NCBI RefSeq assembly: GCF_000743755.1
Contig: NW_014569525.1
Span: 1-64,000 of the forward strand
Length of the DNA stretch: 64,000 nt
Direction: 5' to 3'
From: Blastocystis sp. subtype 4
Lineage: Eukaryota
In this document: positions 51,006 to 62,858 of the stretch, piece by piece
Layout: every line of letters begins with the position of its first letter
How positions within the stretch are numbered: position 1 is the first letter of the stretch
Notes under the pieces: generated by a model
Told to the model about the DNA's origin: nothing
The model's database searches: none
Seen by the model: only the letters and a program-made list of their open reading frames with translations
Program-made: the position numbers and the translations under genes

Positions 51006-51960
51006 ATGAGCCAGTCAGTGACAGAAATCAAAATCAATGGAGAGGTTGCAAACAAAGCACTAGAGTCTCTTCGACGACATGCTGAAAAGCCCAGAAAGAA
51101 CCGAAGCCAGGGAGATATTCTCGGAGGTGATATTATTCATTTGGTTATCGGAGTCAAGCGGGTAAAGAAGGAATGGGGAAGTGATGTGATTCACTGTGAT
51201 TTGGTACATTCTCTGGATGAACGAGATTCTACAATCGAGAACGTATTTATTACAAAGGGCGATTCGGCACCTTGGGCAAGTAAGTTGCAGTCAACAGGTA
51301 AAATTTCTACAGTAGTGGTATTATATTCGATTTATTGATAGTATATGTCGTTTGAACAAATGAAGAAACAGATCGAATCAAAGGACGGAAAGACGGAATT
51401 TCTAAAGGCCTTTCGGTATATTTTGTGTGATAACCGGCTACGACGAGGAATGGCTCATCTCTTCGGTGATCCATTATTGAAGAAGAGAAAGATCATTCCA
51501 GTGCGTATTTTTCAAAATGATTTGGAATCCATAATCAATAACATCAATATTCAGTTGAAAGCTACTCATGTTGTGTTTTCTGGAACTTGCTTGTAGGAGA
51601 AGGAGTCAACAGTAAAGTGTAGAGATATCAAAATTGGTCGAACTAAGATGACAAACAAGGAGATTGTCGAGAATTACAATGCAACAATGGTGGCACTTCT
51701 TCAGTGGTTAAAACCGGAGGATGTATTATCAATGGCACTGAAAGTGAGTCTTTGGGCGGAAGATGAGAGCTAGACAGAGGATAGCGTGAGTTTCCCAATC
51801 TATCAGGTGGATACTGTGATTCACAAAACTCCATATGTGCGAGAACTGACGTTAGAAGAAAAGAGAAAGCTGAAGTACAAGGAGAAGCGTCTAAAGAGAG
51901 TGAATGCAGGTCGTGTGAAAAAAGAAGTGATACCGAAAATCAAACCAAAGAAGCCATTGT
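51006..51960 (+). CDS. Ribosomal L1 domain protein (RSL1D1/Cic1-like); poly(A)-completed stop
   Basis: KALESL, FITK, ILCDNRL..HLFG...KRKIIPV, IKIGRTKM..EIVEN, VSFPIY and basic tail. In-frame T at 51960 lies 4 nt before TGTTTGTT. Confidence 0.7.
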
Positions 51961-52016
51961 ATCCTGTTTGTTCATATTCTTTTTTTGTTACGATTGTTAT
52001 TTCATTGATTGATTAA

Positions 52017-53148
52017 ATGGAGGACCGACATCACGAGTGTGAGTTGTATACAGTAAGTTAAGGTTTCGATAGTGATGGAATAGAAGGACGATGAAATCCC
52101 TTTGGCTGTACATTGTAGCTGCTGTAATAAGCGGTGCTTCATTGAAAATAACAAATGCGGCCATTGTGGTGTTCGTTACAACAAGGATGGGAAACTCTAT
52201 CTGTCTGTTTACGGCTACCCTTGTAGTGTTTGTAATGATCCTGTGGAGAAGAAACCATTGTATCATTTCCTTCCAAACACACATATTCTTTCGATTGGTA
52301 CTCTTGGATGTAACTTTAATTGTACGTTCTGCCAGAATTGGGATATTTCGCAGGCAGTGAAGCCCATCAAGTCTTCGGTGAAAGAAGCAATAAAGGAAGG
52401 ATCGGGAGATATCGAAGATATTGCCAACCAGATCCAAGCAATGTCGAAGTATTATTCTCCCCAGTTTCTTGTTCAGTTGGCAATTCAGCATGGCTGTAAG
52501 AGTATTGCGTTTACGTATAATGAACCAACAATCTGGGGTGAATATGCCCACGATATTGCAAAACTGGCGCATGAGAAGGGATTGAAAACTGTATATGTAA
52601 CGAATGGAGATATGACTGAAGAGCATCTGAACTACATCCGTCCTTATGTCGATGCTATGAATATTGACCTCAAGTCCTGGAATCCTAAGTTCTACCGTCA
52701 GTTCTGTAAGGGAAATGTTGATAATGTAAAAGGAACAATCCAGCGAGCTGTTGACATGGGATTCTGGGTTGAAGTCACAACACTCATCATTCCAGGAGAA
52801 AATGATAGTGATGAAGAGTTGAAATCTATTGCAGAGTTTCTTGCTCATGTGAAGCTAACAATTCCTTGGCACATCTCTGCTTTCCATCCCGACTATCAGA
52901 TGACGGACAAGGAACGAACTCCTAGTGCTACGTTAAAACGTGCGTATAAGATCGGAAAGGAAGCAGGATTGAAGAATATTTATGTCGGAAATGTCCATTC
53001 TTCTGGAGATGAGGACACATATTGTCCTACTTGTGGTGAGAAACTAGTCCAAAGAGACTGGTACGATGTGAAAGTGATTGGAAAGAAAGTATTTGATGGA
53101 GTATGTTACAAATGTGGAACAAAACTGGAAGGAGTGTGGGAGGAGTAA
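52017..53148 (+). CDS. amrS: AmmeMemoRadiSam-system radical SAM enzyme (PFL-activase-related), prokaryote-like
   Basis: CGVRYN..LY..YG, DPVEKKPLYHFLP, GCNFNCTFCQNWDISQ (CxxxCxxC), IAFTYNEP, VTNG, NIDLK, EVTTLIIPGEND, PWHISAFHPDY, YVGNV, TYCPTCG...CYKCG. One 31-nt intron near the start. Confidence 0.9.
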
Positions 53149-53191
53149 AGAAGTTGGAGCTATGAAGGTGTTTGTTGAAACAAATAATGGA

Positions 53192-54549
53192 CTAAAAAAC
53201 AGGATGGGAAGGTACTTGGAGTAAACGTCCTGAAGTGGATCGAACAATTCGATCCATCACAGATGGAGCCAATTCATCATTTACACCGGATAGATCTGGA
53301 AGAAGAATCATCTGGACTTCAGGAATACTCTCAGCCTTTCGAAGGATACTGTAGATGTTTCGCATGGCTTCTGCAACATTACCACTATGTCACAGAGGAT
53401 TCACAACAATACGTTTCGGATATCGACATGTACTGGAAACAGTATGGTTTGTAGGCTTCGAGAATACCATGGAAGTCAAGTAATGCAGCATGATGAATGT
53501 GTTCTCGAAGGATGGATGGCAATGGTACATCATCATGCAACTGAACCTATTGGTAAAGTCAAGAGGAAGAATGGAACAAGAAAGGCATCACATCGAGGAG
53601 CATAATGAGTGATCAGTTGTCCTGGAGCTACTTGGGCTTCTTCCATCTTCATCGCTACATGCTTAACAGGCTCTGATACACTCATATCAATGCCTTCTTT
53701 CTGGAGACATTGTAGAATTGCATGATCTGTTACACCTCCTCTTCGGAACAGGATGATCTGTAAACATCACAGGCATATCGAATGCATACTTTGTGATTCT
53801 CACAATCGATTCCAATCACAGTGCTTTCTATTCCTACTTGGCAAACTCTACAATAAAAGCACAGATCCATTTCTACACCTCGCCTCCATCAATAATCTGA
53901 ACTGGCCAATCATGGAGATCTGAATACACATGTTCAGCACGAGTGGGAGAGATATGTCCAAATTTATTAGCGGAAGGAGCTGCTATGGGAAGACCCGACT
54001 AGATTACAAGAAAGAAATGCTACATACAACACGAAGAAGTTCACGAGCCAGTTCTTGATTCGGACAACGGAATCCTACCTTGCCTGTTCCTGCAGATACT
54101 ACAATCAAGAGAAACTATAGTATGTACATTCTTTTGGAAGAATATCCTTGGCCTTCATTACAATTGTTAGTGGGCCAGGCCAAAAGGCTTTCGATAAGTG
54201 ATGGAAGACTGTACGTTCCTAGAATTCAGATAATTCAATGAAACATACTTCTTCTCCTATATCTACATATTTGTCAGCTTCTTCGGAAGACAATACATGG
54301 ACAATCACAGGATCTAGTTGTTCACAAGTCTGTTCATTTCTACCATTAAATGGTCGATCCTTTGCCTTGAAAATATCACAGACTGCATCTTGATTCAATG
54401 CGTTCGCTCCAAGTCCATACACTGTTTCTATGGATGAATTAAATAGACAATAAAGTTCCTGTGGGAAAAGCAACAAGACCTCCATCGCGAAGGACCTTGG
54501 CACAGAACTTGAAATTCTCGGAAGTAGGTTTTAAGATCTGAGCTTTCAT
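53192..54549 (-). CDS. SUA5: Threonylcarbamoyl-AMP synthase (YrdC plus SUA5 domains)
   Basis: AFPT|ETVYGLGANAL..IFKAKDRP, FWPGPLT, PIAAPSANKFGHISPTRAEHV, VGIESTV, APGQL..HYAP. Confidence 0.92.
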
Positions 54550-54644
54550 CGATTTGACAATTCCACTAAGCATTGACTGCCTAGATAGAGAGATCTAAAA
54601 GACTACGTCACCGAAATAGGCTTCTTTTTTACCATTCTGTTGAT

Positions 54645-56917
54645 ATGTCAGAAATCGAACAGAAAAGGGGGATGTACGATTAATAAACCTCCAATAATCT
54701 TGTAGAATGACCAGAAAAGATAAGGAAGAAGAATACAGCGACTATTCTGGATCTTACTCTGGATACTCCTATAGTGACTATTCCTATTCCGAATAGTATT
54801 AGTAATGTGAGAGAATACTGTTGTAGTTCTTATTCGGATTCAGACTCGGATTCAGATAGAAAGAAGAAAGAAGATAAGTAGGACTATTTAAAGAGTGAAA
54901 CATATAGGAGGAGAGAGGAACGGAGGTCAAGTCATCGAGAGTATTCGTTTGAATTGGTAGTAACGACTAGTCGTAATCTAAAGCGGTCCCGTTCAAGATC
55001 TCGTCAACGGTATAATACTGTTGCGGAATATGAAACATAGAAACCGAGCATCAGAGCCGAAAAAGGTCCAGACGCCTCCTCCTGAGCCTGTTCTGTTAAC
55101 TCCTGAACCCAACACATCCAGAGCCGGAGGTGTTTATATTCCTCCGTTCAAACTTGCTCGTATTCAACGTGATCCCAATGACAAATCGTCACCTGAGTAT
55201 CAGCGTCAAACCTGGGAAGCACTGCGTAAATCACTCAACGGAATCATCAACAAAGTGAATGTTGTGAACATTGGAAATATCATTCCGGAACTATTCCAGG
55301 AAAATCTGGTTCGAGGTCGTGGTCTGTTCTGTCGAGCCATTATGAAGGCGCAACTAACGTCTCCTGGTTTCACCCATGTGTATGCTGCTCTTGTGGCAAT
55401 TGTGAATACAAAACTGCCCGAGATAGGTGAATTATTGTTAAAACGTGTTGTATTCCAGTTCCGAAGAGCATTTAAGCGAAATGACAAGGTTGGTGTGGAA
55501 ATGGAGACTGATGGATAGTTGGTGGCAGTTTCATTAGCTCGTTTCATTGCTCATTTAGTGAATCAGCAAGTGGCTAGTGAATTATTGGTTCTTCAACTCA
55601 TCTTTCTCCTTCTAGAACATCCTACAAGTGATAGTGTGGAGATTGCAGTCACGGTGACCAAGGAATGTGGACAGTATCTTAGCGATGAGTGTAGTGAGGG
55701 CCTTAATCGTATTTACTCTCCCATCAACTCACTCATAGAAGTCTTTGATGCATTCCGTCATATGCTGCAAGAAGGTGAGATTGAGAAACGTACTCAGTAT
55801 GTAATTGAACAGCTGTTTGCAGTCCGTCGAACACACTTCCAAGAATACCCTCGTTTAGCTCCTGAATTGGATTTGGTGGAGGATGGAGATCAGATTACAC
55901 ATCGTGTGGGACTGGATGATAAAATCGATAAGGAGGAGTATTTGGATGTGTTCCATGTGGAAGAGAAATTTGAAGAGAATGAGGAAACATGGAAGAAGAT
56001 AAAGAGTGCCATTCTAGGTGAGAGTGAAAGTGAGGAAGAGGGAAGTGAAGAGGAAGAGGAAGAAGAAGAAGAGGAAGAAGAGGAGGAAGAAGAAGACCTT
56101 GAGAAGAGTAAGATTAACAGAGATTCTTGAGTGATAGATGTGCTAATAGAAGATCAAACAGACCAGGATAAAACGAATTTGAATCGTACAGTAAGAAGGT
56201 TATTCCTGTTGTTAATCACAGATCTATCTTGTCATCACATCATCCCTTGGATTTGAAGAATGTACTCATAAACTCCTTAAATTGAATTTACGAGAAGGAC
56301 AAGAAGTGGATGTCTGTAACATGATCATCGAAACATGCAATCGAGATACATGGATGAATCAGTTTTTCCCAAATGTGGCTCAACGATTATGCATGATTGA
56401 TCAGAAATGGAGAGATGCTTTCTCACGATGCTTTGTTGAACAAGTTAGAATGATTCTTCTTCCTGATGGATAGTTTGAGAAAATTCATCAGTTAACTACA
56501 CTTCGAATCAAAATCAATGCAATGTTCTTTGCTTATCTCTTCTCCGTGGATTGTCTCCCTTGGGAAGTTCTCTCTATCATTCATTTGACAGAAAATGACA
56601 CAACTTCTTCATCTCGTATCTTCATAAAGGAATTGTATGAATAGAGATTCATTGATAATTATAGACTTCAGAAACTATCCAATCAAATGGGTTTACAGAA
56701 GTTGAATGAACGATTCCTGGATCCAGAATTGAGATCTCAGCTAATTGGCATGTTCCCGACAACAAATAGCAATGATATCCGTTTTGCCATCAATTTCTAT
56801 ACGAGTATTGGTTTAGGAGGATTAACGTAAGGGATGAGTTGAAGAGTGATATGTAGACATGAATTGAGAGAGACACTAGCTCAACTAAAAGCGATGAAGA
56901 AGAATGCCCTGAATTGA
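54645..56917 (+). CDS. CWC22: Pre-mRNA splicing factor CWC22 (MIF4G plus MA3)
   Basis: [80 protein letters not shown]. Confidence 0.95.
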
Positions 56918-56954
56918 TTGTTGTCTGTTTGAGAACAAACACATCCTAAAGATA

Positions 56955-59639
56955 CTATTTGGAATAATTCACTATAACCCGCTGTCCTTTCCGAATTAGT
57001 TTCATGTCTTGGGGACGGAATGATAATACCTTACGAACAGTCTCTTCTTTTTCTAACTCGGCCATTAACAAAGCAGGATCGGTAATGGAGGCCATATGAT
57101 CGTTCAATAAGAATGTTGTTTTGGTCTTGCCATTCACTTGAATAATCGCTGTGATGTTTTGTTTACGCTTCTCTTCTGGCCAGCGTTGCTTGGTAAAAGT
57201 CTCGGTTGGGTCGATCTTATGACCAGCAATCAGTCGATTCCAGCACTCTTCTGCCTTGATAGGAGCAAAAGGAGCGATGAAGCACAACACTGCTTTCACA
57301 TACTCCAGATATTGAGACGAATATGGAGCTTCCAACAATGTATTCACCATGATATTGATCGATGATAAGACAGTGTGGAATGAGAAGTTCTCCATATCAC
57401 GCTGGATCTTACCGTAATAAGTATTGAGTTTCTTCACATTTAGTTTCACATGCTTGTTGACTTGGACCGAATCTAAACAGATAGCACACATACTGTCAAG
57501 CTTCTGGAGAAGATGCATCGCTGGGTTCATGATGTGAGATGTGTACACAAAGGCATTCTCTGGAGGACATTGCATTAACATTCCAATCCGAACAGCATCA
57601 CTTCCAAAAGTTTTAACTACTTCTACAGGGTCCACACCATTGTGTTTACTCTTGCTCATCTTTTCATATCTCAAGTCTACGTCCTCTCCATCAGCAGTCT
57701 TCCATTGTGAACCTTCCTTATGCACTGCAGATGCAGGAAGGAAAGCTCCGTTGCTCCGTCGAACATACGTCTCACCTAACACCATTCCCTGTGTGAGAAG
57801 ATGGTTGAATGGTTCTGGAGAAGGAACCAGCTTCTCGTGATTCAATACCTGTGCAATGAAGCGAGCAAATAGAAGGTGCATAATGGAGTGTTCTGCCCCA
57901 CCCACATAACTATCCACTAATATACAATATAGAAATCTCTACTAATCAACTTGAGGGAATGCTTTGAGTCTTGAAGGAGAGGCGAAGCATTGTGAGTTGT
58001 GCGGATCAAGATAACGATAGAAATACCATGAGGAGTCCATGAAGGTATCCAGTGTATCACAATCCCGTTCTGCAGCTTGACCACAATGAGGACAAACAGT
58101 CTGTTTCCATGTTGTATAGCCTAAGAATCATTCTCCACAAATCAAGTTTACGCCCCAGAGGAGACACTGCATCATCACCAGCCATCTTATTCGTTTCTTT
58201 TGCAGTCATTGGAGGTAGACGAACAGGCAAATCTTCATAAGGAACAGGAACAACGCCACAATGAGGACAGTGAATAGCAGGAACAGGAGCTCCCCAGTAT
58301 CTCTGTCTGGATACAAGCCAGTCACGTAATCGATAACGTGTTACAGCCTGTCCCCAACCCTCATTGCTTGCTTCCTTCAGAATAGTGGTTACAGCCTCCT
58401 CGATAGTCATTCCATTATACCGTCCACTTAGTGTCAAACATTGAGTCTGTGGATCAATCACACAAGGAGAAGAGAGGCCATATTTGGAAGCAAAGGCTCC
58501 GTCCAGTTTATTATGAGCAGGAACACCCATCACAGCTCCTGCTCCGTAATCAGCCAGGACATAGTTGCTGACAAATACATTTAACGGTGAGTGGGTGATA
58601 GGATGGGTTGCATGAAGTGGAAGACGATACCCTTCCACATTTCCAGTTCCAACGAGATAGGGATTCTTCTGAACATGATTCAACTATACTCAAAGTATGT
58701 GAGAGAGTTTACAAATGATTGAAGCGAAACATCCTTTTCTGCACATTCCAATGTCAAAGGATGCGACGGAGATAATCCTAAGAATGAAACACCCATGAGC
58801 GTTTCAGGATGAGTTGTGAAGATTGTCAAAGGGGAAGAACGTTCCTGTAGATCAAAGTTGAATTCAGCACCTCGTGATTTTCCAATCCAACGACGTTGTG
58901 CCGTTTTCACTTGTTGGGGCCAATGATCCAACTGATCCAATCCTTGGAGTAATTCTTCACTCATCTTGGTGGTTAGGATATACCATTGACGTAATTTGCG
59001 TTTTTCAACCTCTGCTCCACTTCTCCATGACCGACCTTTATCATCGACTTGCTCATTTGCTAACACCGTCTTGTCAACGGGATCCCAATTCACTAAACCA
59101 TCTTTCTGAGCAACATACCCATTTTCCCAAAGTTTTAGAAAGAGCCATTGTGTCCATTTGTAGTACTCAGGACTCGAAGTACTAGTTTATGAAATAAATA
59201 AAAGAACTCACTTGATTTCATCGTCCCAATTAAAACAACAATTCAGACCATCAATCTGGTTTCGCATCTCGGTAATATTCTTCTCTGTCCATTCGGCTGG
59301 TGGAATGCCTCTCTCCATTGCTGCATTCTCTGCAGGCAAGCCAAAGGCATCCCATCCCATTGGATGTACAACCTATGCTGAAAACATGACAATTCGATTA
59401 CATTATAACCTTGCATTGATTTGAAACGTGCGATACAATCGGACATCGAGAAACTACACTATCACCTTGCCAACTCATTAAACATACACTCGGACATGAC
59501 CCATATGTACTCTACCAGATGGATAAGGAAACATTGGTAGAATATACATATTCTTCTTAGATGCAGCGCATTCTGTTGAAAATTGAGCAGCAACTGCTCT
59601 TTTGAGAAGTGAACGACTTGATGAGAGGATGCGAAGCAT
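56955..59639 (-). CDS. Organellar (bacterial-type) leucyl-tRNA synthetase
   Basis: Presequence [89 protein letters not shown]. Confidence 0.93.
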
Positions 59640-59970
59640 CACAACGAATGCGGATGAGTTTTTCCTGTGAATCAGAGTTGTTTGAGGAGTTAAATGTGGT
59701 CATTGGATTCAATAGGAAGTATTTTTACATTTTGAAAGTACAGGTTGTAACATAGAGTTGATTGGTAATGGTTGAAGAGAATACTATTTTACTACCAGCA
59801 GTAATTGATTCTAATTACTGCTTATCGATTTGGTTGTATTAATTAATTGCTTTGAATAATCTAATATGTGTACAATTCTCTTCATTTATTTGATTCTCCT
59901 AGTTTCAACTCTCATAATTCATTTCAATTAATCCATTGATTGATAATATACAAACAATTAATTAATCTAA

Positions 59971-61928
59971 TTAGGTCGAGTGTATTCGATTAAAAGCACG
60001 GGTTGCACAACCAAGCAAATCTACAAATCAATCGAATGGCAATCATCAACATGTCTGAAGCTGAATTAGATCTGGAATGGAGAGGGAATGAAAAACACAC
60101 TCAAGATCCTGCTTTCTTTGTTTGGATGCAGGAAGTGACAAGTAACTGACAATCGACTGAATAGCTGACTGTACACCAGACGAAAACTGACACTCACCCA
60201 AGGCATAATTCCGATCTCTACAGACCTGGGTAGGAAATCGATGTTGCTTCTGCAAACAATCTGGACAGAACCAATTGCCTTCGGGAATGGTCTTCAATGG
60301 TGGAGAAAGGCAGAAAGTGTGATGTTCTCTGTTACAACCATCACAAATAAGCAATTGGGAGGCAAGATGTTTGTAGTGACATGTAATACATCCACAGAAA
60401 GGGCAATAGTCGTTCTCGTCGTTACAATGGGTACAATAAACTAGAGCTCAGAATCCATCTCATTGTTTACTCTCTTCATACGGAATGGGGTTCATTGTTC
60501 CCAGGAGTTGCGAACCATCCTTCCCCTGAAGAGAGCGATTCTCATACTTTAGAGACGACTTCTTAAATCCATCAGAATTTGCTTTCGCTTGGAGATAAGC
60601 AATAACTTGATTGTTAAACTCCTTCTGGCCTTCAGGGTTGGTTCGGTTCAGTTCCTCGTATTTCTGGATGTTGTGTTTGATGCATTTCTATATAACAACT
60701 GACAGACATATTTACAATGAACTTTTCTCGCCAAATGGACTTGTCGATAGCAGGACAATAATTGCGAATGTGGGTACGAATCCCCGATAACCCACAATAG
60801 CCCGACTTCTCACAAAAGGGACAGTCCATAATGGCATTCTGCGGATTGTTCTTGTCCAACGATGAGAGTAGGGGGACCGGTGACACCGAACCTGACGAGA
60901 ACGGAGCAGGAGAGATTGTAGCGACAGGAGGAGACGGAGCAGGCGTAGGTGAGGATCCCGCAGGAGTTAGTGGTGCAGTCACTGTACCGCTTGAATATAC
61001 TGCAGACTGTGAGCTACTCTTATGTCGCAGATTATAGCAGCTTGTATTCTCTTCGGAGTTGTCGAAGGTACGAGTGGTTACAGAAGAAGTTGAGTTCGCA
61101 TGAATCACTGTAGGTTTTTCTTCTGTTCGTGTGCGGTGTGATTTGTTTGGTTCAATTCCTTTCAACTGACCGATCTACATCACGACAATATGACTGTTCT
61201 TACAAAGTCCTTTAATGATCGATCTGGAGGGTGATAGTCATCTGGAACCACTGAATAGCTGACTTCCGTATTCTCTTCGCTTCCATACTACAGATGATTA
61301 AGAAAGAAATAGTCGACAGTCGAAGAAACAGCATTTGCGATCCTAAAGTGATTAATAATGATGGAATAGGCTGTGATCTCCTTGTTGGAAATCGATGCCA
61401 ATCGTTTCTCTAGTTGCACAAAAAACTCTTTGAAATGTTGTCTCCAGTCTTTGCTATGACGTTTTTGACAATAGCCACCAATATGAGTTCGAAGACCATG
61501 AATGCCTTTGAAACCCCGTTGATGACAACAAGGACACTCTAAAATGATCTGATATTTAAATATTGAGAAAGGAATACTGTTGTAAGACATGCGCAACATA
61601 TACCAGTACTATCTTGATCAATCCGAAACGAATCACAGTTTTCATGAAAGAGTCGACGGCATTTAAGGCAAGTGAATAATGGGGGGGTATCGAGACCACA
61701 GGCAGAACATTTACCCACATGTATGCTCGGTTCATCTCCTGTCTTTACATGTCCTGAGTAAACAGTCTGTCGCGAACGCTTAGCAGTACCTGTGGAAAGA
61801 TCTCCTTCCTCGTTGCTGTCATCGTCTAGGCGTGAGGTAAATGGAATAATGGAAACCAAAGGACAAATGACGCTTCGTCATCGGAATTGTGATGGATCGA
61901 TAGTTCTGAAAAGTGTTAATTTTAGCAT
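59971..61928 (-). CDS. Chromatin-associated protein with two PHD fingers and two atypical C2HC-like zinc fingers (multi-exon)
   Basis: CSACG..LFTCLKCRRLFHENC..CCAC; CPFCG...LLICDGCNREHHTFCLSPPLKTIPEGNWFCPDC; two CPxC-x11-12-H-x4-C units. Start approximate. Confidence 0.75.
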
Positions 61929-62858
61929 GAAATAGTGTCGTGGAGAGCAAAAGAGAGAGTATTTGATGTGGAATCACATGAGTAGTGATGAGAACGAAAG
62001 AGTCAAATTTGGAGTTAACAGGATCGTAGAATGGGTTTTAGTGGATACAAAGTACAATAGTCAGTTTTCAAAAGGTTCGATATATAGGATGCTGAGGCAC
62101 ATATAAAGTACCTGACAAATAGGATTCTTGAAAGGAAGAGACTGTCAGTGAAATCAAAGGTATTATTGTTCATGCAAGTCTTTATGAATCATGGTTCCTC
62201 ATCACTGTACAATTAGTCTTCACTCATTTGTTTACCGTTCTATCTATTAGAAGAGTCTTATTTTGCCCTGTTTGCATCCTGTGGTCCTTTAGTTTTTTCA
62301 TGCGATTAACGGGTTGGGATTTGAATCACTCAGTCTGAGTTGTAGGATTGCTATTTATATGTGTCTTTCTTTTTGTCAATATGTGTCAGGGACGCATAGC
62401 GGTAGCAGCAGCAGTTTCTTTTTCTGTAGAGACGTTCGTATCTGTTAATTGCTTAGGAGATGGATTTTGGGGAAGGTGAGAACCCTAACGAATGGTCTCA
62501 ATTTGAAAGTGATATCCCTGTAATATCTCAACGGTACAAACGGAAGATGAAACCAATCAATGAGAAACGATTCTACTGCGGAATCAATATTGATTGCTCG
62601 TCACAAGTACCTAATACCAAAAAGCATAGCAAAGATTTCAGGATACGAAGGCTTTAGATGGAGATTATAGGGATCTCTTAGCCTGTTTTTCTTTTTGTGT
62701 AATCTTCAAAGTTGTTTGTTATTTGACATAAGAAACCGTATCCAAACCGACTTCATTGTTTCTTTATGTAGGTTGATTGATTGCTTGTTTTGAATGGGAC
62801 TTGATGCTCTTTTTGTTTTCAACAGAAATTGCTCTAACCAAGTATAGATACTAGAGAA

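Noticed and set aside
51997..52848. 283-aa minus-strand ORF
   Set aside because: It is antisense to the well-conserved radical SAM gene and has no recognisable motifs.
59700..59970. AT-rich stretch (also 1-560)
   Set aside because: No terminal repeats, tandem structure or coding signal; treated as ordinary intergenic DNA.
61930..62850. Long divergent intergenic region with small ORF 62460-62657
   Set aside because: I could not build a convincing spliced gene, RNA structure or repeat. A small gene or ncRNA is not excluded.
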